Shown: positions 1 to 12,480 of the stretch, one piece after another
How the letters are laid out: every line of letters begins with the position of its first letter
How positions within the stretch are numbered: the stretch's first letter is position 1
Assembly (NCBI RefSeq): GCF_964355755.1
Contig: NC_092677.1
Coordinates: forward strand, 10,190,101-10,254,100
DNA: 64,000 nucleotides
Direction of reading: 5' to 3'
Source of the DNA: Antedon mediterranea
Lineage: Eukaryota > Animalia > Echinodermata
Program-made: the position numbers and the translations under genes
The notes under the pieces: generated by a model
What the model was told of the DNA's origin: nothing
Database searches by the model: none
The model's input: the letters and a program-made list of their open reading frames with translations, nothing else

Positions 1-476
1 CTTGGTACTTTGTCTTGTACCAAGGATGTACCACAAGTCTGTCAGGACAGTGTATATATCATTGGCAACCAAGGATGTAACACAAGTCTGTCAGGACAGT
101 GTATACATCATTGGCAACTTTAGAATATGACTTTATAACACATATTCTGATTGTATTCTTGCAATTTGATTGGTCAATTACGTATCGCGTGTCATTTGGA
201 ATTAGCCCTCTCTAAAAAAATTGATATCTAATGGTGATAATGATCACACTGTCTGAATTTTGAGAATGTTTAGTTTGCCATTTACGATGGATAAATTGAA
301 TAAAAGTAGGTATGTTATAAATAAATAATGAATATTCTATATTCTTTGAATTGAAAAATTAAGTGCAATATTTTCAACTTGGCTCTTCCTTGTTTTAAAA
401 TAGAGCAGTCAGTTTTTCAACTCATGAAATATTTTCCATCCAACTCTAAGAATTAATTTTACCATTCTTAATGTAA

Positions 477-814
477 TGCACTTGTCAATTGTATGACCCA
501 CTATACGACCACCGGGAGAGGTGAGTCATTTTTCCGATGTGCGTCATACTTTTGAATACCGTGACGCACCCGTGCGTCAAAAAGGTGACTTACCTTTAGG
601 TGACCATGACGCACCCATTTTGACGCACTGTGACCATGTTGTTTATGATATGGTGGGTGGTAAAGTGACGGACATTGACACACCTTGTTCATTGATGTGA
701 CGTACCATCTAGGTTTTTTGACGCACCCCTGCGTCAGTAATTATTTGTAAATGACGCACCCATGACGCACCTTTCCCGGGGGTCGTATAGTGAGTCATAC
801 AATTGACAAGTGCA
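477..814. mobile_element. MITE family A (PIF/Harbinger-like), copy 1
   Basis: Long TIRs TGCACTTGTCAATTGTATGAC(C/T)CACTATACGACC with a TAA target duplication. Near-identical inverted copy at 23370-23706. Confidence 0.88.
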
Positions 815-1306
815 TAATGATGGGATTATGATAATAAGAGGATTTTCTGATGATAAAAACAACCAAATCACTTTTTTATAGAGCCGCGTACAAGCTGCAA
901 AGCACAGAGTAAATGATGTGTTGGATCTTAAGGTTAGTTCTTTTTGTTTTATCATTCCAGACCAACTAAGCATTCTGTTTCAATAACTTGTCTTAACAAT
1001 TCTCCCATTTAACGTAATTCCCTATGCTGATTAATGACTATTAAAAGATTACAGCAGTCTAAATATAAAAGAATTTACTTAAAAATATCCCTTATTTTCT
1101 TAAGCTCTAAATGAGATGTGCCAAAATATGGTAGTGATATGACATCATTGTGTCCATATATGAGCACATCACATTTTTTCATATAAAGTTTGATAATGTA
1201 GACAGAGATTTATAGAAAATGACCAAGGGAAAACTAAATGACTATTAGGAAAAACACATTTAAACTAAATAAATAATTAATATTAACTCATTTTTTGCCT
1301 CTGTAG

Positions 1307-4300
1307 TTTTGTACAGATGGTGTTCAGACAGCACTACAGTCAGAAGATTTTGAGAAAGCAGCAGCACACATCCATCGATTCCTTTCACTCGATGAGAAAG
1401 TTTTAAAACAGTTTGCTCCGGAAACGAAAGAAAGTAAGCAGTGTTTTATGCAGTTTGTCAGAGCAAGGGACTACATACTTTAAATTGTTTAGAGCATTAT
1501 AGCAGCTGGAAAGAAAAAATAAAAACTGATCAAACTGTAAATTGTCTCTCTAACTAAAGATCATTTTTGGTCTTTTATTAGAGGTCAAATATACATTGTG
1601 TTTAGCCTGAGTGATTTCTAATGAATGTACTGTAATAAAGGTTTCTCTATATAATAACTAAGGACCACCCTTTTTGGAGTCGTTTTGAAACCTAAACCTT
1701 ACCAACCGTACTGGTGGCTACGGCCCTGCCTTAAATTAGAGACATCTGATGTTTTACATGATTGCTTTATATACAGCATTTAAACTCTGGACCATCTTTA
1801 TCATTTTAGGTGGTGGACTAGATGCGTCTTTGCAGGTGCTGCGGGAGGCTGAAAAGAGACTACAAACACTAGTTCATGAGAAATTTGATGAAGCAGTTGG
1901 TACGAGTGATCTTGCATCGGTTGAACGATTTTTCAAAATCTTTCCTCTTATTGGTCTGAAAGACGAGGGCTTAGCCAAGTTTTCCTCTTACTTAAAAACA
2001 CAGGTAAGCTATCACAACGACTAAACTTACCTAGTTATACCTAGGTAAACTAGTTATACTGTAGTTTACCTAGTTATACTATAGTTTACCTAATTATCCT
2101 ATAGTTTACCTAGTTATACTATAGTTTACCTAGTTATACTGTAGTTTACCTAGTTATACTGTAGTTTACCTAGTTATACTGTAGTTTACCTAATTATCCT
2201 ATAGGTTACCTAGTTATACTGTAGTTTACCTAGTTATACTGTAGTTTACCTAGTTTTAGATGTAGTTTATCTACTGTAGTTTAGCCAAGTTTTCCTCTTA
2301 CTTAAAAACACAGGTAAGCTATCACAACGACTAAACTTACCTAGTTATACTGTAGTTTACCTAGTTATACTGTAGTTTACCTAGTTATACTGTAGTTTAC
2401 CTAGTTATACTGTAGTTTACCTAATTATCCTGTAGGTTACCTAGTTATACTGTAGTTTACCTAGTTATACTGTAGTTTAGCTAGTTTTAGATGTAGTTTA
2501 CCTACTGTAGTTTACTTAGTTATACTGTAGTTTACCTAGTTATCCTATAGTTTACCTAGTTATACTGTAGTTTACCTAGTTATACTGTAGTTTACCTAGT
2601 TATACTATAGTTTACCTGTTTATCCTATAGGTTACCTAGTTATACTGTAGTTTACCTAGTTATACTGTAGTTTAGCTAGTTTTAGATGTAGTTTACCTAC
2701 TGTAGTTTACTTAGTTATACTGTAGTTTACCTAGTTATCCTATAGTTTACCTAGTTATACTGTAGTTTACCTAGTTATACTGTAGTTTACCTAGTTATAC
2801 TATAGTTTACTTATTTATACTGTAGTTTACCTAGTTATACTGTAGTTTACCTAGTTATACTGTAGTTTACCTAGTTATACTGTAGTTTAGCTAGTTATGC
2901 TGTAGTTTACCTACTGTAGTTTACCTAGTTATACTGTAGTTTAGCTAGTTATGCTGTAGTTTACCTACTGTAGTTTACCTAGTTATACTGTAGTTTACCT
3001 AGTTATGCTGTAGTTTACCTACTGTAGTTTACCTAGTTATACTGTAGTTTACCTAGTTATACAGTAGCTTAAAAGCATGAGTAACCTTGATGTTTCAATG
3101 TTGTTTTATATTTTCAGATTGCAAACAAATCAACAGAACATATAGAAGTCGGACTTAGCAAAAGCACAACAGATCGAAGGGCAAAGGTCATGTTTGTGGA
3201 CACACTTACGTTACTATTTGAAGAAATTGCACGAATTGTTGAAATACATCAACCACTAGTAGAAACTTTTTATGGTGAGATAAAATTAATTTTTAGTTCA
3301 TCGTAATTAGATGTTTTAAAATTGAGTGGAAAATAGATATTTTTATTTATATATATTGATTAAAACCAAAATTAAATGGTAAGCAACTCTTTCTCCTTCT
3401 CAATGTGAAACCACACTTTTGTTGTTGTTGTTGTTTTTTATATTGGTATATATTTTATCATTTATTTTAGGACCTGGTAGAATGCTTCACTTAATGATGG
3501 ACTTACAAGAAGAATGTGATAAACAAGCGAAAATAATTGTAGATAATTTTGTAAAACACAGGGATTTCCACTCCAAATCTAAACTTGTTATGCAGGCTTT
3601 TAGGACAAATTACAAAGCATCAAATCCTGCTGAAAGGTAAATCTCTTTGTAATTAGATTAATATTTAGCTCTAGTGATAATAATTCTTCCATTCAGAGTA
3701 TGTACACTTTATGATATAATTGGGTTTTTCTTATGGCCGATGTCTGTCGCAAACGACAATGTCAATTACTTACTATCATCTGAATGATGGACGAAACTAA
3801 GCCAGGACTGTTTAAAGCACCTTGATTGGTCCTATCATTGATCAAGGGCTTCTCTCGTACAGTGCCCATCTTGTCCAGAAGAAACACATAAGCCAATACA
3901 TCTGAGCGTGGACCTATAAATTAATGAATCTAATTGTCTGGAGCAGATGCAGGGCTGCCATAAGAGTCAACAGTGCTGATTTCAAATGCTTAATGGGACC
4001 CCCAGCTTCATATACAGCACCCGATATTCCCAGATGGTCTCTCATCCAAGCTCTTACCAGGCCCAACATTGCTTAACTTAGGTGATCTTAAAAGAACCGG
4101 TGTGGTAATAGGCTTAAAACTTGCCCTTTTCATATTATCTAGCAAAACTTCAGAATTTTAAACAACAGGATGTCAACACCACTGTTTTCTGTGGTATGTG
4201 CCACGTTGTGTGTAAACTCTGTAGTTCAAGTTATATATTCCTATTGAGTATAAGAGAAAATAGAAATGATAATTTTGTTTCTGTTTTTAAGCAGGTTAGA

Positions 4301-7300
4301 TCCAATGGAGCTAGATGTAATGTTAGCAGAGAGTACACTTCTGAATGCCAGGACTGAATTATATCTTAGATTTGTTAGAAGAAGAGTCATGGTAAGGTCT
4401 TTATCAAATTGCACCACAAATTTAGTTATAGTGATTGTATTGTTAGGTTATGTTATGAAAATTAACCATTTAAGTAAAACGCTATGAAGAGAATCATCTA
4501 AAAAAGTGTTCCCTTTATAGGGTTGTCTTCTAGATAGATGCTGGCCGTAATGCTAAAACACATTCAGCCTTTGTTCATTTCACCAGAAAGTGTCATTTTA
4601 TAGGGTTCTCCACTGATTAATGGTGTCCCAAAAGAGAGTTCTACTTTACTTATATAATTCTAGGGTGGTACCCTGGATACGTGTTGGCTGTTGGCTGTGC
4701 TCCTTGTTTATTTCACTGGAAAGTGTCCTTTTATAAGAGTCTCCACTTATTAATGGTGTCCCACCAAAGGAGGGTTACACTTTACTTATATAATTGAATT
4801 AAACATTTGATTTCACACAGGCTGACATTGATATCTCTGATGTAGACGAAGCACAGAAACAGGAACACACCAGTGATCTGGAGAAGATGGTGCTTACGTG
4901 TCAGCTTAGCTGTTGTATGCAGGAGATCATTGGCAGTTATATACTGATGGAGGAGTATTTCATGAAAGAGACAGTGAATAAGGCTGTTAGTATGGACACA
5001 TTGGAGTCAGAATCTCAGACGTCAAGTATGGTAGATGATGTCTTCTTTATCTTGAAGAAGTGCACAAAGTAAGACAAAATTAGTATTTTAAATTCTGAAT
5101 TATAATTTTAAAGTCCCATTCCCTATGCAAGCTACTTAGGTAATGCATTGTTTCTCTATTTTTATCATAATTTACCATAATAGATACATTTAAGACAAGG
5201 AATGACCTGGTTTTAAGTTTTTTAAAGTAATATATAATAATGCATTAAAAAAACATATAATATTGTAGGGAATGGGACTTTAATAATTTCTATAAGTAAA
5301 TGAAATAAAAGATTTAAATTATCTGTTGTTTCTTTATTTTCACAGACGTGCCATTTCAAGTGGCAGTGTTGATTGTGCATGTGCCATGGTTAACCACACA
5401 GCATCTCTTCTGGAGTCTAACTACAGAGATGTTCTTTATTCAAAACTGAGGGCAGGCTTTCCTTCTGGTTCTTTTGACGTCACACAGGCGTACAACTTGC
5501 TACAACAAGGAAAGTTCCCCACATCTAGCTCAGACACAGATGCTGCAAAATTAGAATTTCTTGTAAGTCATGATGTTGACTCTTTTCAATAATGATAAAT
5601 AATTAGGAACCATATCTTTTTCAGGGCCGTAGCCAGGATCTCACAAGGGGGATTTGGAAACTGAGTATTTCACCACAGGCCCAAATTTTGTTAAATGACA
5701 CCCTACCTGTAGCATGTAAATGGTTTTTATTTAGGGGTAGTGAGCATGTCGTGGGTCGGGGTTCGTCTTGAATTAATGGAGGTTCACTATAAAAAAGGTA
5801 TTGCAAGTAATTTATTTGTATTATAAAATGTATTTTGTTTTTGAATTAATTTTAATACATGGAGTCTATTAAGAGGACACCTTTGGGACTCAACCATGTA
5901 TCCCCTTTGTAGCGGTGTCCGATGAATAAGGATTTACCATAGTGTTAAAACATAAAGCGTGGTTCCCACTAGCGACGCAACGCAAGGACGTAACGCACCG
6001 CAAGTGAATTGACCAATCACAAGCGATGGCTTATTCGCTTGTGATTGCTAACTGTCTATAACTTCGCTTGTCATTGGTCAACGCGCTTACGTTGCGTTTA
6101 CGTCCTTGCGTTACGTTCTAGTGGGAACCAAGCTTGAGGCCCTCTAATTAGTACTGTGTGTATGTAGTAAATGGTTTATTGATTATTTTGTTGATTTTTT
6201 TTTGTCAGACTACATTAAACAACATAGAAGTTAGTCTGGAGTATACCCATGCCTTAAAGAAGAGCATCACAGAGGAGTGTGAATCACTGATAAGCAAGGG
6301 AGCTGGAGAGGTTGGCAGAGCTAAGCTGGAAAGTTGCATTGCTGACCTGGCTCAGTTGAACCACAAATTCAAGGATGTTCTAGATGTAAGTTATATGTTC
6401 GTATAATCATGGACCTATAATTTAGATATTGAGGCCTATGGTATAATATACTCCGTCACCTGCTAAAGTTACCAAGAAAAATCCAATCCAAACACTGGCT
6501 ACAACACCCACAAGGTTAAATTAACCCAATAGTTAATTTTACTGACCACTACATGATCAGTAAAACGTATCAGTCTAGGTAAAACTAACCATATGACTAA
6601 AAAGTCCAATACGAATGTTCGAATTATGTTAACACATGCGATAAATATTTTTTTTCACGCCTAAATTTTTGTCAAACTAACTGCATGAAAATATCAAAGT
6701 GCGAACAATGGTCAAATCTTCCGATGACATTGGGTAAATCTACCATGGTTACATTTACCGTACCGCAGTGCGCACAAGGCTTTAGTCATCATATACATAC
6801 TCTGTATAATTGATCGCATAACTGGCTAATATAAGGGACCTCGGACTCAAGGGGACCCCAGAGCAAGACCCATAAATGTACGGTATGTCTTTAGTGACTA
6901 TCTCACCTACTTTTATTAATCACATTTCCATAATTTATAAATGTATATTTTAAGAACCTTTTTTAATTTGATATTGTTGGCCTTCTTTGATTTTCTTGTT
7001 TTTACATTCTTTTGTTCGTTATAACAAATCTACCACGCTGCTGAGGTGAAAAAAAATAAATAAAAACTTTTTGACAGTTACATTTATGATAAATCAAGTG
7101 TTTTTATTTAATTAATTTTCCTCTATTTTTAGTATGGTTTAAGTCAACTAAACACAAGTGCAATAAAACCCAGGATTAAGCCATGGGTAGACACATACCA
7201 GTCTGTTAGTCACAGCATCACTGAAGAAGAATTCTCAAACTACGAAGCCAACGATCCATTCATTCAAGAGTTTATGATCAACTTAGAGACACTTTTATTA

Positions 7301-9156
7301 ACATTTAAGGTATTTATACTTATCGTATTATTCCAATAAAACGCCTCCTTCGAATAAACGCCCCCATAGAACATCATTTTGAATAAATGTCCTCCCCCTC
7401 TTTGAATAAATGCCCCATAAATGCCTCATTCATACAGTAGAATTTATTGATTGACATGATCTGCAATTTACAAAGCATTTTGATATAATTTTTACTGTAT
7501 TTTATCACTTATCGATATTAATTGTTTTCATATCTATGTGCTATTTATTTTATTAAACGTCACCCTCGAATAAATTATGATATTTGTGCATTTCATCATA
7601 TTTTTTTGCAATTTTTGTTGTACTATGAATTAGGTCGAGGTCATCAATTTAATGCAAACACTAAGTCAAATATATTTAATCAAAAGCAAATTGAAAATAC
7701 CATATACAGTAGTTCTAATATATGTGTTATTGATTTTTTTCAGGAATCGTTAACATCATCCAATTACGACGCCCTTGTTAGCTTATTAACGACAGCTGTT
7801 ACTGCACAATTAGAGAAGACAGTTTTAAAGATGACATTTAACCGAGTAAGTCGCCATAATTCATTCATTTTTAAAATGTTATTGTTATTAATAAACGATA
7901 AAACCAAGTAATCTAATGTAAAAAAAGTCAACTGGAAGCCTAGTGGTTTTTTTATTCAATTTAACAGTTTATTTTTTCATTTTTGAAATTAACTTATTTT
8001 TAAATTTATTTTTAAAAGTGAGGGAATATTTGATTTAATCTTTATTTTTCATGTTTTGAGGACAATACATCTTTAAGTACATATTGTGAATGTTTGGGCA
8101 CTTATTTACAGTATTCGTATACTTTTATTACTATTTATCATGTGTCAAAATTTTAATTAAAAATTTTAAATTCTATTATACAGAAGCTATATCATAAGTA
8201 GGTGTTTTAAATTCAATTAATCCGTCTATTGCATTCCAGCTCGGTGGCCTTCAATTTGATAAAGAACTGCGGTCATTGATTGGTTATTTGACGTCTGTTA
8301 CTCAATGGACGATCCGAGATAAATTTGCAAGGCTATCGCAGATGGCTACTTTATTGAATCTAGAAAGGGTAAGATTATTTTGTCAGAAGTTTTAATATAT
8401 TAATACTTATATAATTATTTATATTATATCATTTTTGTTTATACTCACATCAGTATACATATAAACACTGGTCTCTTCTCCCCCCCCCCCTCCCCCTTCT
8501 AATTATTTATGAAACTTAAGCAGTGATAAATTATTAAAGCGAATATTGGCGACACGCTGTTTGTCGCTACATTTATATACATTAGTCCAATAAAAAATCA
8601 TTCATTTTAAGGTTACTGAAGTAATGGACTACTGGGGTACTAATTCAGGACCTTTGACCTGGAGATTGACCCCAACAGAAGTTCGACAAGTTTTATCATT
8701 ACGGTAAGTACAAAATGTGTTGACATCTTCACAAAATATTAACTTTTGTATAGCGCACATTTCTTTGATAAAATATGCGAATCTTTACATCAATATAATT
8801 ACACATTTGAGATGATGATAATCAGGTTGGTTACATCAAGGAAATCTAACAACAGGATTCTGAGCCCCAGATATCAAAGAGTTTATCTGTGGTTGCAACA
8901 TGGTCAATTCCACGCCTCTTAATAGACACCATGTGCCGCAGAGAATATTTATATAATGTACTGTACTGTTGGTATTTGTTGCAACCAGACATGAGATCAA
9001 AGGACTGTTACAAATTCCTATAGTGGCATGAGGTGTTCTGTTGTTAATGTTAGATTGCCCTGGTTACATCACATGACTTGGAATACTATTGTAGATTATA
9101 ACTTGTATTTCAGGAATGACTTTAGACATGAAGATATAAAACGACTCAAATTATGA
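1307..9156 (+). CDS. COG4: Conserved oligomeric Golgi complex subunit 4; 5' exons lie upstream of the window
   Basis: Thirteen GT-AG exons with consistent phase: 1307-1433, 1810-2003, 3118-3274, 3471-3636, 4295-4391, 4821-5068, 5346-5562, 6209-6385, 7133-7309, 7744-7845, 8240-8368, 8612-8703, 9114-9156 (TGA). Peptides [92 protein letters not shown] and [12 protein letters not shown] match COG4 as recalled. Confidence 0.96.
2027..3065. repeat. 20-bp minisatellite (CTAGTTATACTGTAGTTTAC)n in a COG4 intron
   Basis: Roughly 50 near-identical units, interrupted by a duplicated exon end at 2281-2350. Confidence 0.95.
3732..4112 (-). mobile_element. Candidate 5S-derived SINE (SINE3-type): 5S head, body and hairpin tail
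   Basis: The body and tail at 3732-3895 recur on + at about 29122-29613. The tail contains the hairpin TGTCG-TTTG-CGACA. Confidence 0.6.
4013..4112 (-). pseudogene. Degenerate 5S rRNA-derived sequence, probable SINE head
   Basis: TACAGCACCCGATATTCCCAGATGGTCTCTCATCCAAGCTCTTACCAGGCCCAACATTGCTTAACTT aligns to the reverse complement of eukaryotic 5S rRNA (internal control region). The 5' part is eroded. Confidence 0.85.
5956..6134. mobile_element. MITE family C (TIR AGC(T/G)TGGTTCCCACTAG), nearly fully palindromic
   Basis: Other copies at 14857-15014 (TTA duplication), 53114-53320 (TAA duplication, different interior) and 57099-57278. Degenerate copies near 52270-52390 and 56340. Confidence 0.85.
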
Positions 9157-10955
9157 TAGCGTATTTTGGCTGTTGAATCTAGAATAAGCTTGCACTGTAG
9201 GTAACAGGTTGCACAAGGACCAGTTGACATCATTGATCACCCAAAGAAAACAGTGTCATGTTTCTGCAGGCAAGCCAGCAGAAGAAATGACAAGTTAGGG
9301 TGAAGGAGTTAAAAATAGGCATTGAAGAATTGAAAACCCTACCTCGGGTAAGTAACATGAGCTTACAGCCTGGCGTGCGCTGGGTTCCATCATAGCCATA
9401 GGAAAGTATTACAGATACTAAGTGGCCACTGCCAAAAATGTATGACGTCATGATGTCACCTAGAGACTTGTAGTTAGAAGTATACTGCAACATCCAAGGA
9501 CTGCAGACTACTCTTTACCATGTTATGATGACACCAGAAGATGATCAGATAGCATAGCTAGTCAGACATGCATCATCATAGGTAGAGGTTGTGGCTTGAT
9601 GTCAGAAAGTACACCACTGTAGCAAGAGGAAAGCCATTGTATTCAATTTGTACTGCCATATCAGAGAACTACAGTAGCAGCAATGGCATGGTATCAGAGG
9701 TTTTAGAGAGTGTTGCTTGATGTCAGAGGTACGCCATCATTGATGGAAAAAGACCTGGTTTCAGAAGTGTACCATCAAGAAAGTGTTACCTGAAGCAGAA
9801 AATCTGGCATTATTGAAAAAAACTGTTGTAAGCTTTAATAATTTATGAACATTAAGTTATGTTAATTGAATTCATTTCCCACCAGATTATTTAAATCATT
9901 TGATTATAGTACTGTTTATATTACTGAAATTAACATTTTATAATTTTTGAAGTTGGTTTTTATTTCAGTTTATTTTATCAAAGATTAAAGGACCAATTTA
10001 AATACCATACCATTGCCATACTAGGGCTTTGTTTCAATATTATATATTTAATTACGGTTTTAAAAGTATATATCTATGGGATTCTACATATTCAAGTGCC
10101 TACAAGCAATAATTGTGTAAATTCTGAGACGATTTTGTCTCTGGTAAAATATATTATATATATTAATTTTATTTTTAAAGTTTTGTTTAAATTGTTAGAT
10201 AGACAATTTAATATTACGTATATGGTGGATTTATATTAATGTTTTAGTCTAACTAATTGGGCTTGTAGATGGATATATACCGATGTTTGTTTGGCTGTCG
10301 GTCCTTTCATGGGCCCTCCGTTGTCCATTTACGGCTACCTCGCTGCACGCTAATGATAATGCTAACGTTCGTAGGCAAGCAATGCAGAAAACATGACTTA
10401 TTCATTAGTTATATTCCGCTAACAAATTGACAAATTGAATATACATTTCTGCATTGATTAACTACGAGAAAAAAATTACGCTGGCTGCACATTGTTGTAC
10501 AGCGTGTATGAGGGATAGATCCGTTTTTGCTTTAAGCCTGAATGACTTACAGAAAGGTGTCAATTAACAATGGGTAGAGATTAATGTCACAACGATCATT
10601 ACGTCATCTACGTCATCTGTTTTCTTTGTGAGAAGTTGTATAAAGTGCACAAATCAACAATCAATGAGATTGATTTAATTTTTAATTTATTTGAATGATT
10701 ATTATCTAAGAGATTATTGAAAAATAATAATTGAATATTTATAACAAACTGACTGTCTATTTTTTTAAATGTTTATTTTATTTTTTGTTTTATTCATTGA
10801 AAATCGTCTTATCGCTATATTTAATAAAGCACCGCCTTCTTCAATTCCGTGATTGTAGTCTCAGCGTTGTTTCGTGAATTGAACTGTTAAAGCCGTTACA
10901 AAACGTTTTTGTAAAATTGTGCTTAATGTCTACAACAGCGTTTTTCGAGTTTTTT

Positions 10956-12480
10956 AGTCGCGTGGACGTGACTCTATAGTTCACTATGTCGGTCGGTCGG
11001 TCTGTTTGTCGGTCCGGTATCACTATGCGTTTTATATAGTACCATAGAACCCAGTTATGCCGAAAAATAAAAGGTCGAAAATTTGCCATTTTTCGAAAAA
11101 CTCCTTGTACTATTATAGTACAGGGATTTTTTAGAAAAATGGCAAAAATTTCAAGTTTTTAAAATTTTAGTATTATGCGTTTTTATTGCTGTATATGATC
11201 ATATATTGCTTTATGATCATCTTATAGTATCATAGAACCCAGTTATGCCGAAAAATAAAAGGTACTATAGTACAGGGATTTTTTTTTAAAATGGCCAAAA
11301 TATCAAGTTTTTAAAATTCAATTATTCGTTTTTATTGCTGTATATGATCATATATTTCTATATGATCATCTTATAGTACCATAGAACCCAATTATGTATA
11401 TTATATGAAAAATAAAAAGGTCGAAGATTGGCCATTTTTCGACAAAATGCCTGTACTAATCTTTGAATCCAGCGCGAATCATTGTTAGGCATGCTATAAT
11501 ACAAAACGTTTAAATCATATCATTACTTCGACGCCTAAGGGCAGCGCGCGTCAATGTTTTAAGCATTCAGTTCACCTAAACCGAGAGAGAACACTACCCG
11601 TTCCCTCTTCTTGTATACGATATGTTCGTAATCTTCTAGATGATACTTCTTACTCAGACTATTGGTATTACAATTTCTAAGCATACTTTTGGAATGTTTC
11701 TGATTGTTCTTATAATAATTATACATGGTTTCTTAAAATCTAAACACATTCTAGAATGTTCATGTAGATGTTACTGTATATTATGTTAGGAAATGGTAAT
11801 TTATGACGATGTCAAACATCTTCAATACCGAGTGGCAAAGGCGCGCATATAGGCGCGGTATAATATCTAACTTGCCGTTTAACACAATAGCATTCGTATT
11901 GATTTAGACTTGATACCAAGGTCCATACGATGGCAAACGTTGACGATGTCAAACATCTTCAATACCGATACAGCTGGCAAAAGGCGCGCATATAGGCGCG
12001 GTATAATACCTAACTTGCCGTTTAAGACAATTGCATTCGTTAGATGTATGAAATGACCGTAAACTTTTTATGACAAACCTATTCTTCAAGACCCCCGCGC
12101 CAAGGACAGCGCGTGTCTTATTGTAAAATCATTGAACATGGTCATCTAGCATTCGTTTGATAGTTCTTTAGAAAATAAACCCAAAATCTTTACTTCGACG
12201 CCTAATGACAGCGTGCGTCAATGTTTTCAGTTTACAACAAAAGAGAGAACAGCGTCGTCTTACAATCACAATGCGTGTTCAAAATACTGGGATCATACAA
12301 AATGCAAGACAGAAATTAAAAAAATACATATTTAAACTGCACATATTATTTATTTTCAAATCCCATATTCATTCAATCCAAGGATATAACAGCGCGAATC
12401 ATTGTTAGGCATGCTATAATACAAACGTTTAAACAATAATCATTACTTGGACGCCAAATGACAGCGTCAATGTTTTTAAG
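10956..12480 (+). mobile_element. Helentron-associated (HINE/DINE-1/Pearl-like) element: 5' end with internal tandem repeats
   Basis: Insertion in a T-run, 5' palindrome AGTCGCGT-GG-ACG(T)GACT, a (GTCG/GTCT)n microsatellite, then internal repeats (about 3 units at 11035-11460; duplicated blocks at 11470/12390 and 11805/11941). The 3' limit is uncertain. Confidence 0.65.

Noticed and set aside
501-973. Short minus-strand ORFs (63 and 79 aa)
   Set aside because: They overlap MITE A and have no recognisable protein features.
4013-4112. Functional 5S rRNA gene
   Set aside because: Many substitutions, an eroded 5' end, no tandem context and no clear oligo-T terminator; treated as a pseudogene or SINE head.
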